From Thermoanaerobaculia bacterium (GTDB lineage: Bacteria; Acidobacteriota; Thermoanaerobaculia; Gp7-AA8), in contig DATELS010000659.1 of NCBI GenBank assembly GCA_035276365.1, positions 1 to 32,162 of the forward strand: a stretch of 32,162 bases of DNA, given 5' to 3'. The translations under genes were made by a program, and so were the position numbers. Positions 16,969 to 25,375 of this stretch are shown piece after piece. Within the stretch, counting starts at the first letter, position 1. Every line of letters starts with the position of its first letter. Below the pieces are notes generated by a model. The model had not been told where the DNA came from. It made no database searches and was given only the letters and a program-made list of their open reading frames with translations.

Positions 16969-17343
16969 ATGATGCGACTCAAGCTGACAGTTCTCCCGAA
17001 TCAACTCGCGATCTGCCGTCTGGCCACCGATGCGGCGATGCCGTCGTGGGTGCGCGGCACGTTCGTCTCCGCGACGCGCACGCCTGACGAGCTGTCGCTC
17101 GTCTGCGACGAGGAAGGGATTCCGCGCGAAGTGAACGCGCAGCGCGGCTATCGCGCGATCCAGGTCATGGGTCCGATACCGTTCGAGGCGACCGGCATCG
17201 CGGCGTCACTCGTCGCGCCGCTGGCGCAGGCGAAGATCAGCGTGTTCACGATCGCGACATACGAAACGGATTACGTGCTCGTCAAAGAAGATGTGCTCGA
17301 CGCGGCGATGGACGTGCTGCGCGTCGCGAACGACTTCTTGTAG
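16969..17343 (+). CDS. ACT domain-containing protein
   Basis: The pattern LKLTVLPNQLAICRL...SLVC...IQVMGPIPFEATGIAASLVAPLAQAKISVFTIATYETDYVLV is typical of small ACT_7-like proteins. The ATG directly follows the receiver stop (TAAATG). Confidence 0.65.
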   Translation: MMRLKLTVLPNQLAICRLATDAAMPSWVRGTFVSATRTPDELSLVCDEEGIPREVNAQRGYRAIQVMGPIPFEATGIAASLVAPLAQAKISVFTIATYETDYVLVKEDVLDAAMDVLRVANDFL

Positions 17344-18419
17344 ATCTCGATCACCGACATCAAAAGCGAGAAGACGAGCGGACCGATGACGAGTCCGACG
17401 AAGCCGAACGCCTGCAGGCCGCCGAGGACGGCGAAGAGGAGCGGGATCGCGGGAAGCTGCGCTTTCCCCTTCATCGCCCACGGCCGCACGATGTTGTCGA
17501 TGAGCGACACGGGCAGCAGTCCCCAGATGATGAGGAAGATGGCGCGCCACCACGGACCGTCGCCCGTCGACGCGGAGATGACGAGGTAGATCGAGGCCGG
17601 CACCCACACCGCGGCCGCGCCGACCATCGGCACGAGCGAGAGCAGCGCCGCGACCGCCGCCCAGAACCACGCGCCGGGTACGCCCGCGATCGCGAGTCCG
17701 ATGCCGGTCATCGTCCCCTGCGCGAGCGCGGTGAAGAGCTGTCCGCGAAACGTGGCCTCGATGACGTCGCGCACTTTGTCGGCGAACTCGCGGTCGTAGC
17801 GTTTGGGCAGCGGGGAGAGCACGGAGAGTTGTTCGAGGATGGCCTCGCCTTCCACGTAGAAGAAGAACATGGAGAGGAGCATCAGCGCGAAGCCGAGGAC
17901 CATGCCGGCAAGGCCGCCGATGACGGCGCCGCCGTTGCGCGCGACCCAACCGGGGATGCGCTGCATGGCCGGCAGAACGAGTCGCTCGGGGCTCAATGTC
18001 GCGGGATCGAAGTTCGGTGCGAAGCGGCGGATGAAACTGAGCGAGGAGGAGACGTCGATGCGGCGGATCATCGCCTGCGCCTCGCCGGACTGCAGTTTCT
18101 CGACGACGACGTTGGCTTGCTGGACGAGAAGAATGGAGAGGACGAGCGCCGGGATGACGAGGATGACGGTGATGCCGAGGAGCATGACGACGGCGGCGCG
18201 GTTGGAACTGCCCTTGAGTCTCGCGCGCCATTTTTTGAAGAGGCCGAAGGTGAGCGTCACGAGGATGACCGCGAGCAGGATGGCGGTCATGAAGGGCCAG
18301 AGAATGCGGAACGCGGCGTACAGGAGCACGAGGGCGACGATCGCGAGGAAGATGACTCCCGCGAGCCGCCATTGCGGTCGCTGCTCGAGATCGGATTCGA
18401 TCAGTTGGGGTTCGCTCAC
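17271..18419 (-). CDS. AI-2E family transporter (PerM/UPF0118)
   Basis: About 8 TM segments and family-like length. The GTG start at 18419 is preceded by AGGAGG at 5-nt spacing. The upstream part of track ORF 17271-18884 is not coding. Confidence 0.75.
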   Translation of the reverse strand: MSEPQLIESDLEQRPQWRLAGVIFLAIVALVLLYAAFRILWPFMTAILLAVILVTLTFGLFKKWRARLKGSSNRAAVVMLLGITVILVIPALVLSILLVQQANVVVEKLQSGEAQAMIRRIDVSSSLSFIRRFAPNFDPATLSPERLVLPAMQRIPGWVARNGGAVIGGLAGMVLGFALMLLSMFFFYVEGEAILEQLSVLSPLPKRYDREFADKVRDVIEATFRGQLFTALAQGTMTGIGLAIAGVPGAWFWAAVAALLSLVPMVGAAAVWVPASIYLVISASTGDGPWWRAIFLIIWGLLPVSLIDNIVRPWAMKGKAQLPAIPLLFAVLGGLQAFGFVGLVIGPLVFSLLMSVIEIYKKSFATRSTSIAASSTSSLTST

Positions 18420-18473
18420 ACGTTCCTCCTCGCGCGATGTCGCGTGTACCGCACGTTGTATCATCCGCGCCGC

Positions 18474-19046
18474 TTGAAGGTTCAACCGACTGCGCTTCCC
18501 GACGTTTTGCTGCTCGAGCCGAAGGTGTTCGGCGACGCGCGCGGCTGGTTCATGGAGACGTTCAACGTGGAGTTGTTTCGCTCGCACGGGCTGCCGACGT
18601 CGTTCGAGCAGGACAATCAGTCGCACTCGACGCGCAATGTGGTCCGGGGGCTTCACTACCAGCTCGAGCGTCCGCAGGGAAAGCTGGTGCAGTGCGTACG
18701 CGGCGCGATTCTCGACGTGGCGGTGGACATCCGCCGCGGCTCGCCGACGTTCGGCCGGCACGTTTCCGTCGAGCTGTCGGAAGAAAACCGGCGCATGCTC
18801 TGGATCCCGCCGAAGTTCGCGCACGGCTTCGCGGTGCTGAGCGAGGAAGCGGATGTGCTGTACAAGTGCACGACGCGCTGGCACCAGCCGAGCGATTGTT
18901 CGCTGCTCTGGAACGACCCGGAGCTGGGCATCGACTGGCGCGTCTCGGCTCCCTCGCTCTCCGCGAAAGACGAGACCGGGAAACCGTTGCGCGAGGCGCG
19001 GTTGTTCGAGTACGATGCGCCGCCTTCGGGGAATGGAGTTCGGTGA
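18474..19046 (+). CDS. rfbC: dTDP-4-dehydrorhamnose 3,5-epimerase
   Basis: LPDVLLLEPKVFGDARGWFMETF...RGLHYQ...QGKLVQCVRGAILDVAVDIRRGSPTFG...LWIPPKFAHGF. Start is the TTG at 18474 or the GTG at 18444. Only the 3' third of track ORF 17829-19046 is real. Confidence 0.9.
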   Translation: MKVQPTALPDVLLLEPKVFGDARGWFMETFNVELFRSHGLPTSFEQDNQSHSTRNVVRGLHYQLERPQGKLVQCVRGAILDVAVDIRRGSPTFGRHVSVELSEENRRMLWIPPKFAHGFAVLSEEADVLYKCTTRWHQPSDCSLLWNDPELGIDWRVSAPSLSAKDETGKPLREARLFEYDAPPSGNGVR

Positions 19047-19074
19047 CCCGAGGTTAGCAAGGATTCTTCAACCG

Positions 19075-19151
19075 GGGCGGTAGTTCAGCCGGTTAGAACG
19101 CCGGCCTGTCACGCCGGAGGTCGCGGGTTCGAGCCCCGTCCGCCCCGCCAA
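19075..19151 (+). tRNA. tRNA-Asp (anticodon GTC), CCA encoded
   Basis: Hand-folded cloverleaf: acceptor GGGGCGG/CCGCCCC, D stem GTTC/GAAC, anticodon stem CCGGC/GCCGG with loop CTGTCAC, T arm GCGGG-TTCGAGC-CCCGT. Confidence 0.9.
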
Positions 19152-19162
19152 AAAGCTCTCAT

Positions 19163-19187
19163 GCGCCGCCGGAAGGCGGCGTTTTTT
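19163..19187 (+). terminator. Intrinsic terminator after tRNA-Asp
   Basis: Stem CGCCGCC, loop GGAA, stem GGCGGCG, followed by TTTTTT. Confidence 0.75.
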
Positions 19188-19203
19188 GTGTCCCTCCGTA
19201 GAA

Positions 19204-19465
19204 ATGGAGATCGAGATGCAGCCGGCCGCCCTGGCGTCAGCGGCCACCGCCACCCGTCTCACCATCTACCATTGCGACGCCAACTTCAACCAGGCCGTCG
19301 GCGCCCAATTCACCGTCTGGTGGTCGTGCACGACCGACTGGCCGTCCTGGGGCACGACGTCCATTTTCAAGGGAGTTCATCGCCAATTGGGATGACTGCG
19401 AGTCCGGCACGCAGACGAGGACCTGCTGGACATACAACAGTGCTGCGGAACATGGACACAGGTGA
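19204..19465 (+). pseudogene. Possible frameshifted small Cys/Trp-rich protein gene
   Basis: GGAG lies upstream of the ATGs at 19204 and 19216. MEIEMQPAALASAATATRLTIYHCDANFNQAVGAQFTVWWSCTTDWPSWGTTS has high GC3. The coding-like signal continues in the +1 frame (FIANWDDCESGTQTRTCWTYNSAAEHGHR*) after about 19370. Confidence 0.3.
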
Positions 19466-19570
19466 ACTGCCCATAGATGAAGAAACACAAGTGCGCCGTA
19501 CGCAACAAGCACTCGACTCTCTCCAACTGGATACTGCCGATCGACAATTTCTTTCGAATTACCTGCGACC

Positions 19571-19622
19571 CCCGGCCTGTCATGTGCCGGAGGTCACGGC
19601 TTCGAGCTCTGTCCGCCCGCCA
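19571..19622 (+). repeat. Degenerate copy of the tRNA-Asp 3' half (att copy 2)
   Basis: CCCGGCCTGTCATGTGCCGGAGGTCACGGCTTCGAGCTCTGTCCGCCCGCCA aligns to the anticodon-arm-to-CCA part of the intact tRNA, with a 2-nt insertion and several substitutions. It is followed by AAAGCTCTCA and a hairpin at 19639-19657. Confidence 0.75.
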
Positions 19623-19860
19623 ATCTAAAGCTCTCACCAGCCGCCACTTTGGTGGCTCTTGCGTATATTAGTGCGTTGCGTTAGAAAGTTGTAACTCGCA
19701 AGCTGACTCGCAAGGTCGCGATTCTCTGGGACGCGAAAACCTGCGTGGAAACAGCTTCGCAAAGTGCGTGATGTTTCACGTTTCGGCGTGAATGTTCCAC
19801 GGAAAATGGGCGCCGACCCCATGCAGCCCAACGAGCCGGTGATCGGCGGCGGAACGGCCG
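19623..19860 (+). repeat. Conserved non-coding left-arm module, copy A (homologous to 26162-26345)
   Basis: Shared blocks: CTAAAG.T.TCACCAGCCGCCA hairpin; ACTCGCAAG direct repeats at 19694 and 19706 plus GACTCGCAAGGTCGCGA; TTTCGGCGTGAATGTTCCACGGAAAATGGGCGCCGAC at 19781-19817. Confidence 0.65.
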
Positions 19861-20355
19861 CCGGAGGTGATGGGTGGAAGAACGCGCAAACGCGTGCTTC
19901 CGCCTTGGTTAGCGATAATGGCGTGCACTCGCTGTTCTGTAGCCCTCCCCTATCCTGGAAGAAATAGTAGTCGTAAAGGGCGGGTAGGGATGTCCTCTTA
20001 GCAAACGGCGATCGCCGTGCGGTTCACCGCGGGCACCCGACCGAGCGCGTATCATAACGTCCACGCTGATAAGAAACTCTTCCTTGCACGAGAGCTCGTA
20101 CACGATCATGTTTCCCCGTTACGGCACGTTCGCAGACACCATCGCCGCGTCATGGAAGCGCCTAGCCATCGAGTCTCCGCGCGACGTGTGGCACATGATC
20201 GTGTTGGCGACACGAGCGAGCTCGCCGTGCGCGCGTTGCGCAGCGCGGCGTCACGAATTCGTCCCGTCCTACGTCGACTTGCTCACGCGCGTGACTTCGC
20301 GGCGCGCCGATCGACACGCACTGGATTACGTATCTCGACGCCAAGGGCATGCTCG

Positions 20356-23004
20356 ATGAGATGGTGGAGATCGTCGCGCGGCGAAGTGACGCGACATCTG
20401 CTTTTGGCGGTCGCAATAGCCGCGCTTTCGTGCCGCGGGCCGGTCGGAAAGCGCGATTCAGCAGGCTCGCCTGTCGATCGATTCCAAGCCGTCGAGGCGG
20501 CTGAGCGCGCATGGCGGCATCAGAAGACCGTGGACAATGCGGCGATGCGCGGCCGCGCACTGGAGTCAATACCGCTCCCGACGGCTGCGGCGAGCGCGTG
20601 GCTGGATGCGGGCGACACCAGGCGCGCCGCAGCGCTGACGCGGCCGACGCATCGGATGCGATGGGCACGCTGGCGCGACTCGTCGCGTGAGCTCGACGTC
20701 ACGATTGTTCGCGACTTCGCGCAGGAGTTGCGCATGTACGGCGAGGACGAACTGCTCGACGCGTGGGCACGGAACGGAGACGGGGCCTCGCTGACCGAAG
20801 CGGAACGGATCGGGAACGCTCTCGCGGCGGCGGGCGGCGACGCGCTCCTTGCGGATGCTACACGCATTCTTCGGCAGGCAAAAAACGCTCACGCCCTCGC
20901 CGAGGCACACCTACTTTATGCGCGTGGCCGGCGAAGCTACTCACGCCAGCAGATGACCCGAGCAATCAAGGAGCTTCACGCGGCAGAAACGCTTTTTTCC
21001 GCAGAACAAAGTCCATTCGCTTTCCGCGCCGCAATGTACGAAGCGACCGCCGCTTACTACGCGGCGCGCTATGACGACGCGCTTCGGAAGCTCGAGTCCA
21101 TTCCGTTGATTGAGAGGTACCCGGTCCTGTTCGGGCAGGTGCAGTGGGTGATCGGCCTGATCACTTTCTCCCGCGGACTGACGAACGAAGCGCTTGCGGC
21201 TTACAAGAGATCTTTTGCTGCCTTCGAACGCGCCGGAGAAACCGAAAGTCGTGCCGGAGTTGAAGCGTTGCTCGCGCAAACTTACCGTGTTGTCGGACAG
21301 GATGAGATCTCTGCGGAGTATCAGCGTCGAGCACTCACATCATTGGCGATCATTGGTAGCAGCCGGCGGAGCCACGCCATCCTTACCGATGCCGCGCGCG
21401 CCGCAGCATTACAAGGAGCGCCGCTTACGGCTCTCATCTTTCAAGAACGCGTCGTCACTCTTGCGCGACTGTCGAAGGATCCGGTATCGATCGCTGACGC
21501 GCTCATCGGGTACGCCGTGTATGCGGCGGCCGCCGGCGAGCGCGCGCAGGCCACGACCACGCTCGGCGAAGCGCGGCGAGCCGTCGCTGCTGTTTCTGAT
21601 TCAGCCATGCGCGACCGCTCCGTGGCGAACCTCATGGCGGCTGAAGCCACCGTGCTGCGTACATTCGACCCGGCGAGCGCGGCTACGGCGGCCGAAACGG
21701 CGATCGCGCATATGCAACGGCTCGGTCACCGGATTCGCCTCGTGCAACTTCACCTTGAGGCAGGGCGCGCGCTCGATCGCATCGCACGTCCAATCGACGC
21801 TCTTCGGCATTGGGAAGAGGGCATCACGGAATGCGAGCGCCAGCGTGACGACCTCACGGATGATGAATACAGGCGGACATATTTCGAAACGTGCCATTCG
21901 CTCTTCGAAGAGGCGATAGGCGCTCTGATCACGCGAAGGGAATGGGTACGGGCGCTGCGGCTCGCGGAACGAGGTCGCGCCCGATCCCTGTTGGACATGG
22001 TGATGAGGCGATCGCAGGCTGCATCGCCCCGCATGATCGCGCCGCGTGGAGTGTCGATCGTCGAGTATTCAGTGTTGCCTCACCGTCTCGTAACTTGGGT
22101 GGTGAACAGCAACCGTGTCTTCGTCGTGTCGCGAGCGATCGACCGCGATGCGCTGCGTCGTGAAATTGGCTCGCTCGCCGCTGCCCGGGCGAACGATCCC
22201 ACCTCTGCAAAGCGCGTTCATGAACTCTTGCTCGAGCCTGTGCGCGAACAACTTGCGCATCGTGTGATCTTCATCCCGGATGATCACATCTACCGCGCGC
22301 CGTTCGCCGCGTTGCAGGATGCGAACGGGCACTTCCTGGTCGAGCAACATGAGATTTCAATCGCGCCCAGCCTGACATTGCTCGATGCAATTCCGCCTGC
22401 GATACGGGGTGCGCCTCTTGCCGTGTTGATCGGCGCGACCAGCGGAACTGCCCGTCACCCATCCTTGGCTGCAGCGGCCCGCGAGATCCGGAGTCTCCTG
22501 TCGATTTACCCGGAGGCGGTCGTCGTCGAAGGGAAGAATGTCACGCGTGCGAATGCAGTGGAAGCGATGGGGCGTGGTTCGCTGATCCACTTCGCCGGCC
22601 ACGCCATCGAGGCCGCAGAAACCGTCGATCCAGCTCTCGTCCTCTACAACGAATTGCTCTATCCGCGGGACATTGCTGGCCTAACACTCAAGCAAACCAG
22701 ACTCGTAGTTCTCGGCGCTTGCGGAACCTCGGACGGTCGTATCGGCAGCGAAGGGCCCCTGAGCATAGGCCGTTCGTTTCTCGCTGCCGGCGCACGGCAG
22801 GTTCTCGCTACACTGTGGGCGATTGAAGACAATCGCTCCTCCCGATTGCTTGTGAATTTCCATAGGATGCTGGCACGTTACCCGCGCGCCGCGGCAGCAC
22901 TCCGCGAAGTGCAGATTCAGGCGATCCGCAGCGGAGCGACGGTTTCAGACTGGTCCGCTTTCGAAATACTTCAAACCACTTCTGACGAGGAGGCGTACGA
23001 ATGA
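20356..23004 (+). CDS. TPR-repeat CHAT-domain (caspase-like) protease, paralog 1, with N-terminal hydrophobic signal or anchor
   Basis: The C-terminal CHAT region has catalytic-dyad contexts LIHFAGHA and LVVLGACGTS. The central region is TPR-like. The N-terminus MRWWRSSRGEVTRHLLLAVAIAALSC is signal-like. Start is the ATG at 20356 or the GTG at 20386; the track start at 20017 gives an Arg-rich, non-protein-like extension. Confidence 0.85.
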   Translation: MRWWRSSRGEVTRHLLLAVAIAALSCRGPVGKRDSAGSPVDRFQAVEAAERAWRHQKTVDNAAMRGRALESIPLPTAAASAWLDAGDTRRAAALTRPTHRMRWARWRDSSRELDVTIVRDFAQELRMYGEDELLDAWARNGDGASLTEAERIGNALAAAGGDALLADATRILRQAKNAHALAEAHLLYARGRRSYSRQQMTRAIKELHAAETLFSAEQSPFAFRAAMYEATAAYYAARYDDALRKLESIPLIERYPVLFGQVQWVIGLITFSRGLTNEALAAYKRSFAAFERAGETESRAGVEALLAQTYRVVGQDEISAEYQRRALTSLAIIGSSRRSHAILTDAARAAALQGAPLTALIFQERVVTLARLSKDPVSIADALIGYAVYAAAAGERAQATTTLGEARRAVAAVSDSAMRDRSVANLMAAEATVLRTFDPASAATAAETAIAHMQRLGHRIRLVQLHLEAGRALDRIARPIDALRHWEEGITECERQRDDLTDDEYRRTYFETCHSLFEEAIGALITRREWVRALRLAERGRARSLLDMVMRRSQAASPRMIAPRGVSIVEYSVLPHRLVTWVVNSNRVFVVSRAIDRDALRREIGSLAAARANDPTSAKRVHELLLEPVREQLAHRVIFIPDDHIYRAPFAALQDANGHFLVEQHEISIAPSLTLLDAIPPAIRGAPLAVLIGATSGTARHPSLAAAAREIRSLLSIYPEAVVVEGKNVTRANAVEAMGRGSLIHFAGHAIEAAETVDPALVLYNELLYPRDIAGLTLKQTRLVVLGACGTSDGRIGSEGPLSIGRSFLAAGARQVLATLWAIEDNRSSRLLVNFHRMLARYPRAAAALREVQIQAIRSGATVSDWSAFEILQTTSDEEAYE

Positions 23005-23903
23005 GTGAGATCACGGTCGTCCTTTCCGGCATCGTCCTTTTGGTCTCGTCGAATGCGTATCTGACGACGGGCGGCAGCAACGCCATCAGCTCCGCGATCG
23101 CCGTTGAGGCGCGAACGCCCATCGACAGCGCCTACGACATAGACATTCCCGTCCACAACGCGATGTTGACCTTCCTGAAAGCGGATGTGGACGGAGGCGC
23201 AACCATTGACCCTGACAAGAGGCTTGAGCCCGCCAAAGAGGGAGATTCTCACGAAGGCGTTGACCTGATCGTGCTGCAGCTTCGCGGTGATCGTGTCCAG
23301 CTCGGCACGGGCGGCGCGGTCTGCGGTGGCTTACCCGCCTCAACGACGAACGCCCGCGACTCGTTGCAGACGCTGCCAAGACTCAGCGAAATTGTTCGGC
23401 CGGACGTGACACTGCGTTCCGGCACCTTTCCCGTCGGCACGAACTTCACGGGAATGGATAAAAGCCGCGTGGCGGCGTGGCTCGACATTCGGGGCGGACA
23501 TCTCCGGGCTACACACACAGAGGATGAACGCCCACGCTATGAGGAGGTGGAGTTCCGGCCTACGCGACGTCGTGCTCGAATTTCGCCACACGTGCTCTGG
23601 ACCGCCCCGGCGGGAGTAGATTGCGTCGTTGTCACACCGTTCGCCGCTGGAGGGAAAATGATCAAGATCGTTCTGAATCCTGATCGGGACATCCGCATCG
23701 GCTTTCACAACATGGCGGACATGTCGACGGGCGAGCTCGTACCGGGCATTGCGTACGACTTCGAGCTGTTCTATCGCCTCATCAACAATTCACCCGTTAT
23801 TCCTCCCCTCCCTTACACCTTGGCAGAAATCGAAATCGAGACGGGAGGTCCGGGTCCCGACGGCCTCACGGGCGTAAATTGCGGGCCGCCGCGTGTCCGT
23901 TAG
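23001..23903 (+). CDS. Hypothetical 300-aa protein translationally coupled to CHAT paralog 1
   Basis: The ATG overlaps the CHAT stop (ATGA at 23001-23004). GAGGAGG lies 7 nt upstream. The composition is protein-like, and I recognise no domain. Confidence 0.7.
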   Translation: MSEITVVLSGIVLLVSSNAYLTTGGSNAISSAIAVEARTPIDSAYDIDIPVHNAMLTFLKADVDGGATIDPDKRLEPAKEGDSHEGVDLIVLQLRGDRVQLGTGGAVCGGLPASTTNARDSLQTLPRLSEIVRPDVTLRSGTFPVGTNFTGMDKSRVAAWLDIRGGHLRATHTEDERPRYEEVEFRPTRRRARISPHVLWTAPAGVDCVVVTPFAAGGKMIKIVLNPDRDIRIGFHNMADMSTGELVPGIAYDFELFYRLINNSPVIPPLPYTLAEIEIETGGPGPDGLTGVNCGPPRVR

Positions 23904-24288
23904 GCCGCCTGCCTTCCACCAGTCGCAGCAGCGTGAACATGATTATCTCTGCAGCAAATCGCGCGCCGACGTTCGTGTCTCACTCCAGTCTCGCCAGCGG
24001 AACCGGTGAGCGCGCGATACACGCATAACGTCACGAAAGGCTGGCAGGTTGGGCAAGCGCGTAGTTGAGCATCGCTAGCGACATAGACGCGTAGTGCCGG
24101 CGTGTCTTGGCCGCCAGCAATTCGACCTCGTCGAGCAGCCGGCGCGCATTTGCGTATCGTCCGCGCGATGATCTCGTGCGGTTGGGAGGCTCACGGGTGA
24201 ACGGGTGAATGATCTGAATTTGGCGCCGAATGAGAGGTTGCGGTCGACGGCCTCGTAGGCCCCCCGGGGCGAAAAGGAGACCTTCCAC

Positions 24289-24329
24289 GCGCCGCTCACT
24301 CAGCCAAGTGAGCCGGTCGTGAGCGGCGC
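24289..24329 (-). terminator. Possible terminator hairpin downstream of the minus-strand operon
   Basis: An 11-bp perfect inverted repeat, GCGCCGCTCAC and GTGAGCGGCGC, with a 19-nt loop. It lies 25 nt past the stop at 24354, and the T-tract is only weak. Confidence 0.3.
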
Positions 24330-24353
24330 GCTAATGCACGACTTACAGGAGGC

Positions 24354-25367
24354 TTACTCGAAGAGCCTATAGACCAGGCCTGCAAGGAGCTGTTTGTCGT
24401 ATTCGAACCCGAGGTCTTCGCCTGTGCGATACCGAATAACGAATCCAATCTTCTTATCCGGCTGCATCATCTTGAGCGCTATGTCGGCATGGAACTCAAT
24501 GTCGCGATCGTCGCCCTTCATCGGCTTGCCAGCCTTGAGGTCTACGGAAATGGAGTACGGAAATGCCGGACGTTTCGGACAGGGCTTAGTGGGGTCGCAA
24601 AGGAACGCCTTGAAGTCCCGAATGAATTTGCGGCCGGCCGCGCGGTCCGTCGCAATCGACAACGGGATCTCGGCAGTGAAAGCGAGTTGAATTTGATCGA
24701 TTGCGATCGTCTTGTCCGAGGCGGCAGGATTCTTCGTGTCGTTGTCGACGAATGCGTTGTAATAGGTCAGAGCGAGCATCGGGTTTTCGACGTCGGCTCC
24801 CGTAATCCCTTTGAGGGCCATCAGTGCTGGAATCTGGAAAACGACCTTCGTGCCGAGGCCCCCGATCAGTACACCTTTCCAGTCCGCGTCATCGTTTTTG
24901 GCGATGTCGGCGAAGCGTCCGCGCGCCTCAGCGAACGGAATCAGATCAAACCCGGTCCTGCCCTCGCCGAGCTCGCAGCTGCCGAACGGATCGAAATCGT
25001 CTTCGACGAGTTTAATGGTTGCGAGCTCCACTCCCAGATCCGCGACCCGATCCTTGTCGTCGGCATAACTGAACTGTCCATTGAGCTTGTAGTCGACATA
25101 CGGCGTCCAGCCTGCGTCGATGTCGCCCCCGCTGTTCCAAAGCAGATCGCTTCCTTTGACAACGAGCGCCTCCGTGCCAACTTCAACGTCGAACGGTGTC
25201 GATTCACCGCTGGGAATGTCCGCTTTCTCGAGTAGGCCGCATTCTGCTGCCTTGTCCGTGTTGTTTATCGTCGTGTCTTTCTTAGTGTCTGTCTTCGTTT
25301 CCTGTGCCCAGCCGGGGGCCGTGAGAAGGGCCGCCAGGACGGTGACACTCACAATTCGTGCGCGCAT
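24354..25367 (-). CDS. Secreted beta-rich hypothetical protein (possible outer-membrane protein)
   Basis: AGGAG lies 5 nt before the ATG at 25367. Signal peptide MRARIVSVTVLAALLTAPGWA/QE. Alternating hydrophobic strands run towards the C-terminus (IGFVIRYRTGE, LLAGLVYRLFE), and there are four Cys. Confidence 0.7.
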   Translation of the reverse strand: MRARIVSVTVLAALLTAPGWAQETKTDTKKDTTINNTDKAAECGLLEKADIPSGESTPFDVEVGTEALVVKGSDLLWNSGGDIDAGWTPYVDYKLNGQFSYADDKDRVADLGVELATIKLVEDDFDPFGSCELGEGRTGFDLIPFAEARGRFADIAKNDDADWKGVLIGGLGTKVVFQIPALMALKGITGADVENPMLALTYYNAFVDNDTKNPAASDKTIAIDQIQLAFTAEIPLSIATDRAAGRKFIRDFKAFLCDPTKPCPKRPAFPYSISVDLKAGKPMKGDDRDIEFHADIALKMMQPDKKIGFVIRYRTGEDLGFEYDKQLLAGLVYRLFE

Positions 25368-25375
25368 AGGCACTC

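Noticed and set aside
17829-18473. 5' two-thirds of track ORF 17829-19046, and the 17206-18372 and 17271-18884 extensions
   Set aside because: Only the rfbC part from about 18474 resembles a real protein. The upstream part is antisense to the AI-2E transporter. The transporter most likely starts at the GTG at 18419, which has an AGGAGG SD.
20017-20355. N-terminal 113-aa extension of CHAT paralog 1, and the overlapping ORF 20084-20359
   Set aside because: The extension is Arg/His-rich and unlike a protein. The ATG at 20356 yields a signal-like N-terminus. ORF 20084-20359 has a short protein-like stretch (FPRYGTFADTIAASWKRLAIESPRDVWHMIV) but mixed codon bias and no recognisable family. It is possibly a remnant and is not supportable as a gene.
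24031-24299. Two overlapping minus-strand ORFs. One contains IQIIHPFTREPPNRTRSSRG, reminiscent of the Fic motif HPFxxGNGR. The other begins AWKVSFSPRGAYEAVD, like ParE/RelE N-termini.
   Set aside because: Only HPF, N and R of the Fic motif are present, the fragment is far shorter than a Fic domain, and the ParE-like spacing is wrong. At best this is a heavily degraded toxin-type remnant, and I cannot support an annotation. A frameshift-tolerant BLASTX/HHpred search would settle it.
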